Shown: positions 1 through 9,995 of the stretch, one piece after another | Layout of the letters: each line of letters begins with the position of its first letter | Numbering within the stretch: the stretch's first letter is position 1 | Source of the DNA: Alphaproteobacteria bacterium | GTDB taxonomy: Bacteria > Planctomycetota > Phycisphaerae > UBA1845 | Assembly: GCA_028285105.1 (NCBI GenBank) | Contig: JANQQE010000015.1 | Coordinates: 85,881-149,880, forward strand | DNA length: 64,000 bases | Direction: 5' to 3' | Position numbers and translations under genes: made by a program | The notes under the pieces: generated by a model | The model's database searches: none | What the model saw: the letters and a program-made list of their open reading frames with translations, nothing else | Told to the model about the DNA's origin: nothing

Positions 1-191
1 GTATCTGCGAATTTTCCGGGTGAATCTGTCGGACCGGTCGCTGAAGGAAGCATGATGTGTGCCATGCCGCCAACACCAGCATCGACATCGACGACAGCGA
101 TACCGATGCAGGAACCCAGAACAGTTCGAATCTGATCAGGCCGCTTGATCGCATTGATTCCTGCGATACCCAATTTGTGCGTAATGCTCAT
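1..191 (-). CDS. cheD: Chemoreceptor glutamine deamidase CheD, 5' part (runs off window edge)
   Basis: Not in ORF track. Manual translation from ATG at 191: MSITHKLGIAGINAIKRPDQIRTVLGSCIGIAVVDVDAGVGGMAHIMLPSATGPTDSPGKFAD. Has CheD LGSC, GGMAHIMLP and PGKFAD motifs; lies directly after cheC. Confidence 0.92.
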   Translation of the reverse strand, partial: MSITHKLGIAGINAIKRPDQIRTVLGSCIGIAVVDVDAGVGGMAHIMLPSATGPTDSPGKFAD

Positions 192-196
192 TGCGC

Positions 197-1396
197 TTAC
201 CCGCACATCTTTCGAATTTGATCCATTGCTTGCGGCGACGGAACCAAAAGGAATATCCAATCCAACCAATGCCCATCCATTAGAAAGTCTGTTCGCGTAA
301 ACAACACCGTGTCGCTGACTTGAGCCTGCTCCAGAAGAATCGGCGCAACCACGGCCGCCGCCAGATCGAACTGATACTGCGGCGATTGAGGAACCGCTGA
401 CACGCCAAGCCATGAACACAAGCTGTTGACATAGGCGCTGCTGACGATGTTCGCCGTTTCCTGCAAACACGAACGTCCAGCGTCATCGAGTCTTTTTGTC
501 GTTCCCAGTTCCTGCCCCATCAATAGGTCGATTAGCGACAAGGCAACGGGTTCTGGGAATCCCAATAGAGATTCGGCTTGAAAGTCACCGGTCACGTTCA
601 TGCGGAGTGCGGCGACTGGCTCCTCGGGATGACCCAACATCGATTCCAATTCGTCGAGGGGAACATCGACGAAACCATCGGTCCGCAGTCGAACGCTCGA
701 TCCAAACCACTTCGACAAGGCTTGCGAGGCGTTCATCGCGCCGCTGGCTGCGACGCTGTTGATAACGCTTTCGAACCGCTCAAATTGATCATCTTCGCAG
801 CGTTTTTTGATGAGTTGGCTCGAATCGGGCGAAGGTAGGAGATACAAACCCCACTCCAACCAGAGCTTGTCCATCAGGAAGTCGGATCGGGCGAGGAGTA
901 TCTCGTCGCTGACCGATGCCTGTTTGACAAGAATCGGTTCGACCGTTGCACAAACCATGTCGTGCAAGACCATCGGTGGGCCGGGCGCGGCTGCAACGCC
1001 CAGCCAATCGACGAGACCGTTCATCATCGCACTACCGACAATGTTGCCCGTTTCCTGAATACACGAAAGCTCCATATCGCCTACAGACGTTGTTGTTCCG
1101 GACGGCTGCTGCATTAAGAGATCGCAAAGCGTCTTCGCAACTTCTTCAGGCATGGTCAACAGAATATCACCGGTAATTTCGCCTTCGATGGGCATACAAA
1201 CCGCAACGACGATGCGCTCCGGATCGCCTATTGCTGCATTAAGCGAATCAAACGGAACCGATTCAAAGCCATCGCTTGTAACGCGTACACCCCGACCAAA
1301 CCACTTGGTCAAAGCTGATGAGGCTTCTGCCGCACCATGAACGGCAACTTTGCCAAGTGCGTTGAGGACAGGTGCTTCAGCCGCGATTGACATCAT
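197..1396 (-). CDS. cheC: CheC-family CheY-P phosphatase, two tandem CheC units
   Basis: Two similar halves (ALTKWFG/ALSKWFG, DGF, LLMxQ, QETGNIV/QETANIV); ATG at 1396 overlaps cheA stop (ATGA). Confidence 0.88.
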   Translation of the reverse strand: MMSIAAEAPVLNALGKVAVHGAAEASSALTKWFGRGVRVTSDGFESVPFDSLNAAIGDPERIVVAVCMPIEGEITGDILLTMPEEVAKTLCDLLMQQPSGTTTSVGDMELSCIQETGNIVGSAMMNGLVDWLGVAAAPGPPMVLHDMVCATVEPILVKQASVSDEILLARSDFLMDKLWLEWGLYLLPSPDSSQLIKKRCEDDQFERFESVINSVAASGAMNASQALSKWFGSSVRLRTDGFVDVPLDELESMLGHPEEPVAALRMNVTGDFQAESLLGFPEPVALSLIDLLMGQELGTTKRLDDAGRSCLQETANIVSSAYVNSLCSWLGVSAVPQSPQYQFDLAAAVVAPILLEQAQVSDTVLFTRTDFLMDGHWLDWIFLLVPSPQAMDQIRKMCG

Positions 1397-4300
1397 ACGC
1401 ACGCTCCCGAAGTCAAAACCTGCTGTGTGTTGGACTCATTTTCGCGGACCATTTCAAGCATCGTTGCGACATCGAGAATCAGCGACACCGTGCCATCACC
1501 CATGATTGATGCGCCGGCAAAACCGCGCACGTTCTGGAAATTTTCAGAAAGACTCTTGATGACGATGTCTTCCTGCCCCAGGAGTTGATCGACGGACAAT
1601 CCGATACGGCTGCCCTCGGTTCCGATGATACAGAGTGTCATTTCGTCGGTGCCGGATGAATCGGAGCGCAGGCACTTGCCTTCGGTCGCGAATACGTTTT
1701 CAAGTTCAACGATGGGTATGACCTGATCTCGTACTCGGACAACCCGCTGCTTCTGAACGAATTGTAATTCTTCGCTGCGAACGGTGATGATCTCGGCGAC
1801 GGAGTCGATCGGTATGACGTATATTTCGTTTCTGATCCTGACCAATAGGCCATTGATAATTGCAAGTGTTAGCGGGAGACGAATGGTGACCTTGGTTCCT
1901 TCGCCCGGTTCCGATTCGACGTCGATGGTACCACTCAGTGCGTTGAGCTTGGTCATCACGATGTCCATGCCCATGCCACGACCGGAAAGATCTGAAACTT
2001 CCTTGGCCGTCGAAAAACCCGGCTGAAAAATCAACTGAATCAATTCCTTTGGCGTGGCTTGCTCTGCTTGCTGTGGTGTAAGCAATTCTTTTTCAATCGC
2101 CTTCGCGCGAACTGATTCATGATCGATGCCCTTACCGTCATCGCGAACTTCGAGGCAGATCGAGTTTCCGGCATGATAGGCTTCCAGCGTTAGAGTAGCC
2201 GTTTCTTCCTTGCCGGCTGCTATTCGGTCCTCGGGCAATTCGATACCGTGGTCCACCGAATTGCGAACCATATGGGTCAACGGATCGCCCAACTCATCGA
2301 TCATCCGTTTGTCCAACTCGGTGTTTTCACCGATCAACACGAGGTCAATTTTTTTGTTCTTCGCCTTGCAAAGATCGCGTACGACCCTGCGAAAACGCGT
2401 AAACAGCGGACCGACCGCCACCATTCGCGTATCCATGATGCCTTTTTGAAGTCCATCGGAAACCAGACCGAGCGCGTGGACGGACTCTACGAATTCATGG
2501 AATTGACTGCGTGCGTCAATCACCCGCCGGGCGATGGCTCCGAATGGTTCGAAGCTCTCCTTCAGTTGCTGAACCATCCGCGATAGTTCAGAAAAACTTG
2601 AGCGGGCGCCCGATCCTGATTCGTGTTCGAGCGCATGTTGCAGGCGTTCCAAACCATCGCTCATTTCTTCGGATTGAAATGCTGTGCCCACGCCATCGAA
2701 GACATGTGACATTCCTGCTTGTATCTGATTCAGACGTGCGCGGCAGATGACCAACTCGCCACCCAGATTCATAAGCTGGTCAAGACGCTCGATATCGACG
2801 CGCACCGTCTCGCCCGATCGCACCGGAGCCGCTTGTTTGCTGGCGGCTGATTTTGTCGGCTGCGGTGCTGCTCGCTTGGGTGGCGCAGCGGGCGAGGCTG
2901 CAACAGCCGGAATCGGCATCTCTGTTTCACTTGCCGTTGAAGGTTCAGGCAAGGGCTTCGTTGATTCCACGACTTGCACAGCTGCCGGCTGCTCGGTTGC
3001 AACAGGGCTGCGAGGAAGTTCCACTGCATTGTCAATTGTTGATTCGATTGGTGGCGTTGCCGCAGATTCAGATACCGCATTCTCATTGTCAACCAAGTCC
3101 GTATCGCCTGGTTGGGCGGCTGTGGTCTCAAGGTTGGATGGTTCGTTGGGCGTAACGCTCGACGCACTGTTGTCTGCACCCACGACCTGCACGCTTTGAA
3201 CTTCAAACTTGGCCGCCAGTTCGCGAAGTTCGCTGGCTGAAATGTCCGGTGTGACTTCGATCACAACGTGGTGAGCCGATTCATCGTCTGAGAGATTCTC
3301 GACATCGGGCGTGCAACGGTGAACCACGCCAACTTCCTTGATTCGATTGAGAATCAGAAACGCTTGTATTTCCGCATCCATCGCGTTGGCATCGAAATCC
3401 AGGATGACGCTAAGTCCATCAGACGAATCGAAATCGGAGTCATCGTTGAGAGCGCTGGATTCAACGATCGGTTCGCTCGCGCTGGATTCTTCCCCATTCC
3501 ATTTTTTGTATAGATTTTCGCAAATGGCATCGTCAATGCCAACGTATTGATCACTGCGAACGCCATCGACAACTTCGCGCAGTATGTCTGCCCCTTTGAA
3601 CAATGCCGACATGAGGCTGTCGTTCAGTTCGATGGCATCGCTGCGCACTTGATCGAGGACGGACTCCATTCCGTGCGTGAAGCGATAGGCGTCGTCAAGT
3701 CCGACGGCACCGCATGCCCCCTTGATATTGTGGGCCATGCGAAAGACTTCCTGAATCAGTTCGATCTCGCCACTGCCCTGCTCCATTTTCAATAGCGATT
3801 CGTTCAGGTGATCGATGGACTCCATCGTCGATTCGATAAAAAGCGATCGCAGTTCCTCATCCGGGATCACGTTCGATGCCTCTACCACTTCACTTTGGCT
3901 GGGCGAGTCATTCGCTTTTTCCGGCGCTTCTACTTTTGGTGCAGATGCCGGCAGCTCCTGTTGTGACTGATCGTTTTCTGGTGCCATTGGTGTCGCATCT
4001 TTCTTTGCCTGGTCTGAGCCTTGCAGTTCTTTGTCGAGCATTGCCAATGTTGGAGCGATTTCGACTTCACCGATCGTGTTGTTGTTAAGTTCGTCGATCA
4101 ATCGCTGAAGGCAATCAAATACCGAAAACAGCGTCTCAAACTTACTGGGGTCAAGAAATGCCTGCCCCATCCGAATTCGATCAAACAGCGTTTCCATCCG
4201 ATGGGTGACTTCTTTGATGTTGTCAAAACCCATCGTCGCAGCCAGCCCCTTGAGACTGTGGGCCGCTCGAAACATTTCGTTCATCCACTCGATGCGCTCC

Positions 4301-4440
4301 GGCGTATCGAGAGCAATGGGACCGTTGTCTGCGCTGTCTTCAAACAAGAGCAGATCGGAGTTCAAGTGCTCCATGTACTCCTCAGCTTCATCCAGGAAGC
4401 CAGCGAGGAATTCTGGTGTTACGTCTACGGTCCCACTCAT
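1393..4440 (-). CDS. cheA: Chemotaxis histidine kinase CheA with two Hpt (P1) domains
   Basis: FRAAHSLKG and FRMAHNIKG Hpt motifs, P2-like domain, Pro/Ala linker, TVRVDIERLDQLMNL, HMVRNSVDHGIE, DDGKGID, GFSTA...SGRGMGMD, C-terminal CheW-like domain. Confidence 0.97.
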   Translation of the reverse strand: MSGTVDVTPEFLAGFLDEAEEYMEHLNSDLLLFEDSADNGPIALDTPERIEWMNEMFRAAHSLKGLAATMGFDNIKEVTHRMETLFDRIRMGQAFLDPSKFETLFSVFDCLQRLIDELNNNTIGEVEIAPTLAMLDKELQGSDQAKKDATPMAPENDQSQQELPASAPKVEAPEKANDSPSQSEVVEASNVIPDEELRSLFIESTMESIDHLNESLLKMEQGSGEIELIQEVFRMAHNIKGACGAVGLDDAYRFTHGMESVLDQVRSDAIELNDSLMSALFKGADILREVVDGVRSDQYVGIDDAICENLYKKWNGEESSASEPIVESSALNDDSDFDSSDGLSVILDFDANAMDAEIQAFLILNRIKEVGVVHRCTPDVENLSDDESAHHVVIEVTPDISASELRELAAKFEVQSVQVVGADNSASSVTPNEPSNLETTAAQPGDTDLVDNENAVSESAATPPIESTIDNAVELPRSPVATEQPAAVQVVESTKPLPEPSTASETEMPIPAVAASPAAPPKRAAPQPTKSAASKQAAPVRSGETVRVDIERLDQLMNLGGELVICRARLNQIQAGMSHVFDGVGTAFQSEEMSDGLERLQHALEHESGSGARSSFSELSRMVQQLKESFEPFGAIARRVIDARSQFHEFVESVHALGLVSDGLQKGIMDTRMVAVGPLFTRFRRVVRDLCKAKNKKIDLVLIGENTELDKRMIDELGDPLTHMVRNSVDHGIELPEDRIAAGKEETATLTLEAYHAGNSICLEVRDDGKGIDHESVRAKAIEKELLTPQQAEQATPKELIQLIFQPGFSTAKEVSDLSGRGMGMDIVMTKLNALSGTIDVESEPGEGTKVTIRLPLTLAIINGLLVRIRNEIYVIPIDSVAEIITVRSEELQFVQKQRVVRVRDQVIPIVELENVFATEGKCLRSDSSGTDEMTLCIIGTEGSRIGLSVDQLLGQEDIVIKSLSENFQNVRGFAGASIMGDGTVSLILDVATMLEMVRENESNTQQVLTSGACV

Positions 4441-4467
4441 TGAAGATAGTCCCTTATCCCTTCCCGC

Positions 4468-5355
4468 CTATGCCGCTGACGGTGCTTCCGTACGCCGATA
4501 GATGAACGGTTTGACGTATTCGATTTCCGGAAAATCGTTCAGATCCAATGTGGATCGAATCGGATCGACATCTCCCGCGTAGAGCAGCGCCCCCGTGTTC
4601 ATCGATGCGGCAACGCTGCGAACGACTTTCGTCTTCATCGGAGTGTCAAAATACATCATCACGTTTCGCAACAGCACAAGATCAAATTTCTCCTTCATGC
4701 GATCGCGAAGATTGTGGAATCTGAATTTGGCCATCTTGCGAATGTCGTCGCGGAGTCGATAACGATCTTCATCCAGCTTCTTGAAGTTGGCTTTGAGTCG
4801 CTTGTCGGAACACTTCGAGACCGCGTACTCGTTGTAGATGCCCTCGCGCGCGATATCGAGTACGCGGGAGCTGATGTCGGTTCCAACAATGCTCAGTTTC
4901 CAATCGCGAATTTTGTGTCGCATCTCATTCAGGCAGATTGCGAGGCTGTAGGCCTCGGCCCCACTGCTGCACGCGGCGCTCCATACGGAGAGACTCTTCT
5001 GCCTTGCCTTCAATTCCATCAGTTCGTTAAGCAAATCGCCGGAGACGAGATCCCACAGGCGGGCGTTTCGAAAGAAATACGTTTCATTGGTTGTGACCGC
5101 CGAAAGAAAATGCGGAAACTCCTCTTCAAACTCCGACCCGCCACTGGTCATCAAGTCGTAATAATCCATGAACCCGTCGAGCTTGAGTACCCGAAGGCGT
5201 TTGCGCAATCGGTTGCTGACCAGCGCCAACTTTTCATCAGGTATAAAAATGCCGGTCCGCTCGTAGATGAACTTCGTGATGAGCTTGAATTCTCTTGGCG
5301 ATAGTTGCTGAACGGTAGACATCGTGACCCTCGATTGAATCAATTTCCTGGCCAT
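4468..5355 (-). CDS. cheR: Chemotaxis methyltransferase CheR
   Basis: TTNETYFFR, WSAACSSGAEAYSLA, GTDIS, FDLVLLRNVMMYFD; start could be 5322. Confidence 0.95.
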   Translation of the reverse strand: MARKLIQSRVTMSTVQQLSPREFKLITKFIYERTGIFIPDEKLALVSNRLRKRLRVLKLDGFMDYYDLMTSGGSEFEEEFPHFLSAVTTNETYFFRNARLWDLVSGDLLNELMELKARQKSLSVWSAACSSGAEAYSLAICLNEMRHKIRDWKLSIVGTDISSRVLDIAREGIYNEYAVSKCSDKRLKANFKKLDEDRYRLRDDIRKMAKFRFHNLRDRMKEKFDLVLLRNVMMYFDTPMKTKVVRSVAASMNTGALLYAGDVDPIRSTLDLNDFPEIEYVKPFIYRRTEAPSAA

Positions 5356-5855
5356 TAAGCAGTGAGATTTGCCGGTATTTCCTGTTCCAGCAACGATTCG
5401 ATTTCCAAGAGGATGATGAGCTTCTGCTCGAGCTTCACGAGACCCTTGATGTACGCCTGGTCCAGGGTTCCGATCGTCGAGGGCGGGTCGATCTGGCTTG
5501 CCGAAATTCGCAAGACTTCGCTGACAGCATCCACGACGATACCGACCGTCCGCGATCCCAACTCCGTCACGATGATTCGCGAGTCGTCGCTCTGTTCGGT
5601 TACTTTCAAACCGAATCGCATGCGCAGATCGATCACCGGGATGATGCTGCCGCGAAGATTGATCAAACCCCGTATGAACTCAGGAACCTGCAGCAATTCG
5701 GTCATGCGACCGGGCAGGATGATCTCCTGCACGCACATGATGTCAATGCCATACTCCTCGCCAGCCAACCGAAATCCGACGATCTGCAATCCGTCTTCAA
5801 CGGCAACATCAGATGAGTTTCGGGTTTCGGGCGGGGCCAATGTCGATTGGGTCAT
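5355..5855 (-). CDS. cheW: Chemotaxis coupling protein CheW
   Basis: FRLAGEEYGIDI, GLINLRGSIIPVIDLR, VGIVVDAVSEV; AAGGAG RBS upstream of ATG 5855. Confidence 0.95.
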   Translation of the reverse strand: MTQSTLAPPETRNSSDVAVEDGLQIVGFRLAGEEYGIDIMCVQEIILPGRMTELLQVPEFIRGLINLRGSIIPVIDLRMRFGLKVTEQSDDSRIIVTELGSRTVGIVVDAVSEVLRISASQIDPPSTIGTLDQAYIKGLVKLEQKLIILLEIESLLEQEIPANLTA

Positions 5856-6091
5856 GTTCAAAGCTCCTTGGCTAGACGCAGTCCGTCTCGTACGAGCGAC
5901 TCGACAGTTCATGCTTGACGCGAATACAAGACTGTCACCGTCTGTGTTTTAGTCGTCGCTATGGCATCGGGAAAAGTTGCGCCTTACTTCCGCCCAGTCC
6001 ATCCGGGCGCATGGAGCATGATCGACTTCAACGGTGATGAACGAGAAGATCAGTATGAGCGAAGGGTACAGATTTGATACAACAGACGAAC

Positions 6092-8182
6092 CTAGACTTG
6101 TTTCGGTACGGAGGGTGACGCGCCGGGTGGGAACTGCGTTTCGGATTGTAAATGGGAATCGACTTGTTCGGGTTTGGTTGCTGCAAAGGCCGGAGCGCTC
6201 AGTGTACCGGTTGGTTGATATTCTGGAACAATGTCGCCCAGCATCTGACGAACGGCATCGGGCGCAGATTCGTCAGCGACATCGATCAGATGGTCAATCT
6301 TCTGAATCAATTCTGCCCACTCTTCGCGGCGTGACTGCCAGATTCCGATCTTCGGGTGGCGCGTCGGATTGACGTTTTCCCCGTCGATCAGCAATTCCTC
6401 AAAAAGCTTCTCGCCCGGGCGTGTTCCGCTGAATACGACATCAATATCCTCGCCAGGCCGCAATCCGCTCAGCGTGATCATGTTGTGGGCCAGATCGACG
6501 ATCTTGACAGGATCGCCCATATCGAGGACGAAAATTTCGCCGCCGTTGCCCATCGTTCCGGCTTGAAGGACAAGCTGTGCCGCCTCCGGTATCGTCATGA
6601 AATATCGCGTCATGTCGGGATGGGTGACGGTCACCGGTCCGCCCTTGGCAATCTGCTGTTTGAAGATTGGAATAACGCTTCCGCTGGACCCCAATACATT
6701 GCCAAACCTAACTGTTATGTATTGTGTCGCGGCTTGGTAGCCGTATTGCTGGACGAACATCTCTGCCACCCGTTTGCTGCACCCCATGACACTCGTCGGA
6801 TTGACAGCTTTATCGGTGGAGATCATCACCATTTTCGCGACGCCATGCTCAGCCGCCGCAAGCGCTACCGTCCGCGTGCCGACGATGTTGTTCTTCACGG
6901 CTTCACCGGGATTGCATTCCATCATCGGAACATGCTTGTGCGCCGCAGCGTGAAACACTTCGCTGGGTTGGTGCGACTTGAAGATTTGCCTGATGCGGGA
7001 GGCGTCGCAAATGTCGGCAACGATCGGTTCAATATCGATCTCGGGAAACCTGGCAACCAGTTCACGGTGCACTTCGAAGAGATTGTTCTCAGCCTGCTCG
7101 ATCAGCAGCAGTCTCTCGGGATCAAACAAAGCAATCTGCCTGCACATTTCCGAACCAATGCTCCCGCCCGCCCCCGTGACGACGATCCGCTTACCGGTCA
7201 ATTCAGCACCGATGGCGGCTGTATCCAGCTTGACAGGTTCGCGCCCGAGCAGGTCCTCGATGTCTACCGGGCGAAGCTGGCTGACTTGCACCTTGCCCGT
7301 GATCAGGTCCGTCATCGCAGGAATCGTGCGGAACTTGAGCGCGTTTCCTTCGCAGAACTGAATCATTTCGCGAAGATCTTTTGGCTTGGCGTTGGGCATC
7401 GCGATGAACAATTCATCCACGCGATGCTCGAGGCAGATTTCCTTGATTTGATTGGTACGCCCCAGGACTTCGACATTGTGGATGCGATGACCGAGATTGG
7501 CCACTTCGTCATCCACAAACCCGATGACGTTGTACCCTGCCGCACCGCTCCGCAGAAGTTCGCGCAGCAGATTCTGACCATGATCGCCAGCACCCGCAAT
7601 GAGGATCCTAGACTCTACCGTTGCGTCCTTGCCGCGAGTGTATTCGTAATACGATCGAAACAGCACACGGGCAGCCGCCACAAAGTTAATCGTCGCGGCC
7701 CAGTCGATCAGGAAAACGGCTTGGCGAAACTTGGTGTCTCCGCGATCGATCAGCGCCGTGCCGGTCATCGAATGGGCTAGATTTTCAATGAGAAAATACG
7801 CACCAATGACAAAGAACGAACTGACCTGAGCAGCAACAGCAATTTGCACCAAATCGCGCAGGCCCACAAACCGCCATGAGCCATGAAATTGCTGAAACCG
7901 CCCGAAGACCGCAAGCTTGATCGGGAGAGAAATCGCCGCAAGGGGCAAGAAAAGATGGACGATCCAATACTTCCAGCCATGAAAATTGTAGGCCAACCCA
8001 AATGCAGCAAAGAGTGCCAGCAGGAATAGGATAGCGTGGGCCAAGACCGAAAGTGCATTTCGGTGTCTACGCCAAGAATACCTGAGGCGTGACGGATTCT
8101 CCATCGCGTTGACTTTGGATGAATCCAATGCACGTACCTCATTACCAATGAATGATCGCGAATTGACGGGGCTTGCCGTCAC
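6092..8182 (-). CDS. Membrane-bound nucleoside-diphosphate sugar 4,6-dehydratase (CapD/PglF/WbpM family)
   Basis: N-terminal TM helices, IAGAG, IEDLLGREPV, VTGAGGSIGSE, HAAAHKHVP, STDKAVNP, VRFGNVLGS, RPGEKLFEEL; start may be 8104. Confidence 0.95.
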   Translation of the reverse strand: MTASPVNSRSFIGNEVRALDSSKVNAMENPSRLRYSWRRHRNALSVLAHAILFLLALFAAFGLAYNFHGWKYWIVHLFLPLAAISLPIKLAVFGRFQQFHGSWRFVGLRDLVQIAVAAQVSSFFVIGAYFLIENLAHSMTGTALIDRGDTKFRQAVFLIDWAATINFVAAARVLFRSYYEYTRGKDATVESRILIAGAGDHGQNLLRELLRSGAAGYNVIGFVDDEVANLGHRIHNVEVLGRTNQIKEICLEHRVDELFIAMPNAKPKDLREMIQFCEGNALKFRTIPAMTDLITGKVQVSQLRPVDIEDLLGREPVKLDTAAIGAELTGKRIVVTGAGGSIGSEMCRQIALFDPERLLLIEQAENNLFEVHRELVARFPEIDIEPIVADICDASRIRQIFKSHQPSEVFHAAAHKHVPMMECNPGEAVKNNIVGTRTVALAAAEHGVAKMVMISTDKAVNPTSVMGCSKRVAEMFVQQYGYQAATQYITVRFGNVLGSSGSVIPIFKQQIAKGGPVTVTHPDMTRYFMTIPEAAQLVLQAGTMGNGGEIFVLDMGDPVKIVDLAHNMITLSGLRPGEDIDVVFSGTRPGEKLFEELLIDGENVNPTRHPKIGIWQSRREEWAELIQKIDHLIDVADESAPDAVRQMLGDIVPEYQPTGTLSAPAFAATKPEQVDSHLQSETQFPPGASPSVPKQV

Positions 8183-8357
8183 CTTGCCAATCGGCTGAAA
8201 TCCTATCCTAAATCAACAGGAACCCAACCTCAACGGTATGAAGGGGATTTGGACGTTATAAGACGCAGAGCCTTCAACAGAATACACCGCAATTGGCACA
8301 GGAATCGGATGTGAAACGCTGAAACGCACGACGAACGAATGGTGAAACGCAATGCGA

Positions 8358-9566
8358 CTAGCCCAAGTCGCTGATGGGATCGTCGGCATCGATTTCGCCA
8401 GCGTCGAGGCCTCTGGCTTGAATTTCTTCCTCCATTTTCTCAAGAAATCCGGCGTACTCGGTTGTGCGGAATTGGTCCCTGAGACGTGAGGCGGCTTTGA
8501 TTGCTGAAGATTGCTTCGTTGGCGAATTGCTGTCCAACCAAAGCAGAAAGGCCTGCACCGCCGCATAGTCGGCGGAATCCGGATTGGCACTCACAATCGC
8601 TGCACATTCAGATAACATGCGTTCTCCATCCTTGGTGGATGGAAGAACGGTGTCCAGTGGAAATTGCGCAGAGAACATCCCCGAATCATGGCGTACCAAT
8701 GCACGAAGGTGAAAAACCGCCGAACTGTACTGCCTGTCTGCGATGGCACTGATAAAAGCACCAATCATTGGTGTTGCTTCTTCTTCGATTCCGAAACCCG
8801 CCCGCTTGAACGATTTTTGACTCTGATGGAATCGCCCTTCGCTGAGCAACTCCCATGCATCAGTGAGAAGCTTTTCACGTGTTGCGGTGACTCGACGTTG
8901 CAACCTTTGCGCATGAGAGGGATTATCAGCTGCTTCCTGCGCATCTGCCTCCGAAATCTCCGGCATGTTAATCAGTGAGTCATTGGTTTCTTCGTCCCGT
9001 AATGCGCGTTCTTGGAGACCCAAGAAGACCGAATGATGAAACGAATTGGCCATTTTGGTTTGAGCCGTATATTGAATCATCAGATCGGCATTGCCAACTT
9101 CAAATTTCGGTTGTTCACTCGGGTAAACAACCTCTCTGCCCACAAATGCTGGGGGTGAAAAGAACCTGGCAGTGCTACTGCGACCGAAAAACTGGAGCAA
9201 GGAGCTATTTCTAATATCGTTGTTATAGCGAGTGCCTGCGAAACGAACGGCGTCCCCCAGGCCTCTTGAGCGACCTAGCGTCGCATATGGGTTTGGATTG
9301 GCAGCCGCTGAATTGTTGACAAGACCAAGTTGCGTCGCACGCCCTCTGCTGCCAAATGTCCTTTGCGCAAAAAGGCCTTGAGTTTGGATCGTTCCACGCA
9401 ACGTTTGGCCCAATTGGCTTGTACCCCGACGGGATGTCAAAGCGTTTTGACTGCTTTGGGCCCAAGCCGCAGCAGCCGGTAGAAGGCACAGAACAATAAG
9501 CAAAACTGGAAGAATCGACACTGGCGACACCATCAGGCTTCGATTCGAATTGTTTGATGAAATCAT
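8358..9566 (-). CDS. Secreted hypothetical protein, R/G/S-rich N-part and helical TPR-like C-part
   Basis: Signal peptide ending AAAWA-Q; 402-aa ORF filling the gap. Confidence 0.65.
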   Translation of the reverse strand: MISSNNSNRSLMVSPVSILPVLLIVLCLLPAAAAWAQSSQNALTSRRGTSQLGQTLRGTIQTQGLFAQRTFGSRGRATQLGLVNNSAAANPNPYATLGRSRGLGDAVRFAGTRYNNDIRNSSLLQFFGRSSTARFFSPPAFVGREVVYPSEQPKFEVGNADLMIQYTAQTKMANSFHHSVFLGLQERALRDEETNDSLINMPEISEADAQEAADNPSHAQRLQRRVTATREKLLTDAWELLSEGRFHQSQKSFKRAGFGIEEEATPMIGAFISAIADRQYSSAVFHLRALVRHDSGMFSAQFPLDTVLPSTKDGERMLSECAAIVSANPDSADYAAVQAFLLWLDSNSPTKQSSAIKAASRLRDQFRTTEYAGFLEKMEEEIQARGLDAGEIDADDPISDLG

Positions 9567-9995
9567 TGCGAACCCGTTTCCTCAATCGTTATTGTTTGAC
9601 CCTACCTCAATTTCTGATCTTGCTCCCTCTTGACGAATCTTAGGGCTCCGTTTTAGGTCGATCAAATGCACTGATGTATGCTACTCCGACGCGCATTGGC
9701 CGGTTCGTCGCGGCAGAGCTTGCCCTCAGAATATCGGTAATTCACCTTGATTTAGGGAACCCGTGCCCGGATTTTCTCGTAAATCTCTCGGTTTCAGCCA
9801 ATAATTGCGATTTGTTTGATCGATTCATTGGTCTCAGAATTCAGCCTGAAGACGAGCGCAGGTAGTCCTGGAGGACGCTTAACACCGATATATGAAACGG
9901 CTTGGAAAACGGCCTTGAGACGGGTGATGGGCTTGAGACCGTTTGAGTTCATGGCGCAATCGATGTCCTGATCTAAACCTTCTGATCGAGTATGC

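Noticed and set aside
5856-6091. Sigma-28 promoter for the che operon
   Set aside because: Only a weak CCGAT match without a properly spaced TAAA box.
6356-7780. 474-aa plus-strand ORF (and similar long antisense ORFs such as 29809..30789 and 23683..24519)
   Set aside because: Shadow frames opposite well-supported genes, with no recognisable motifs.
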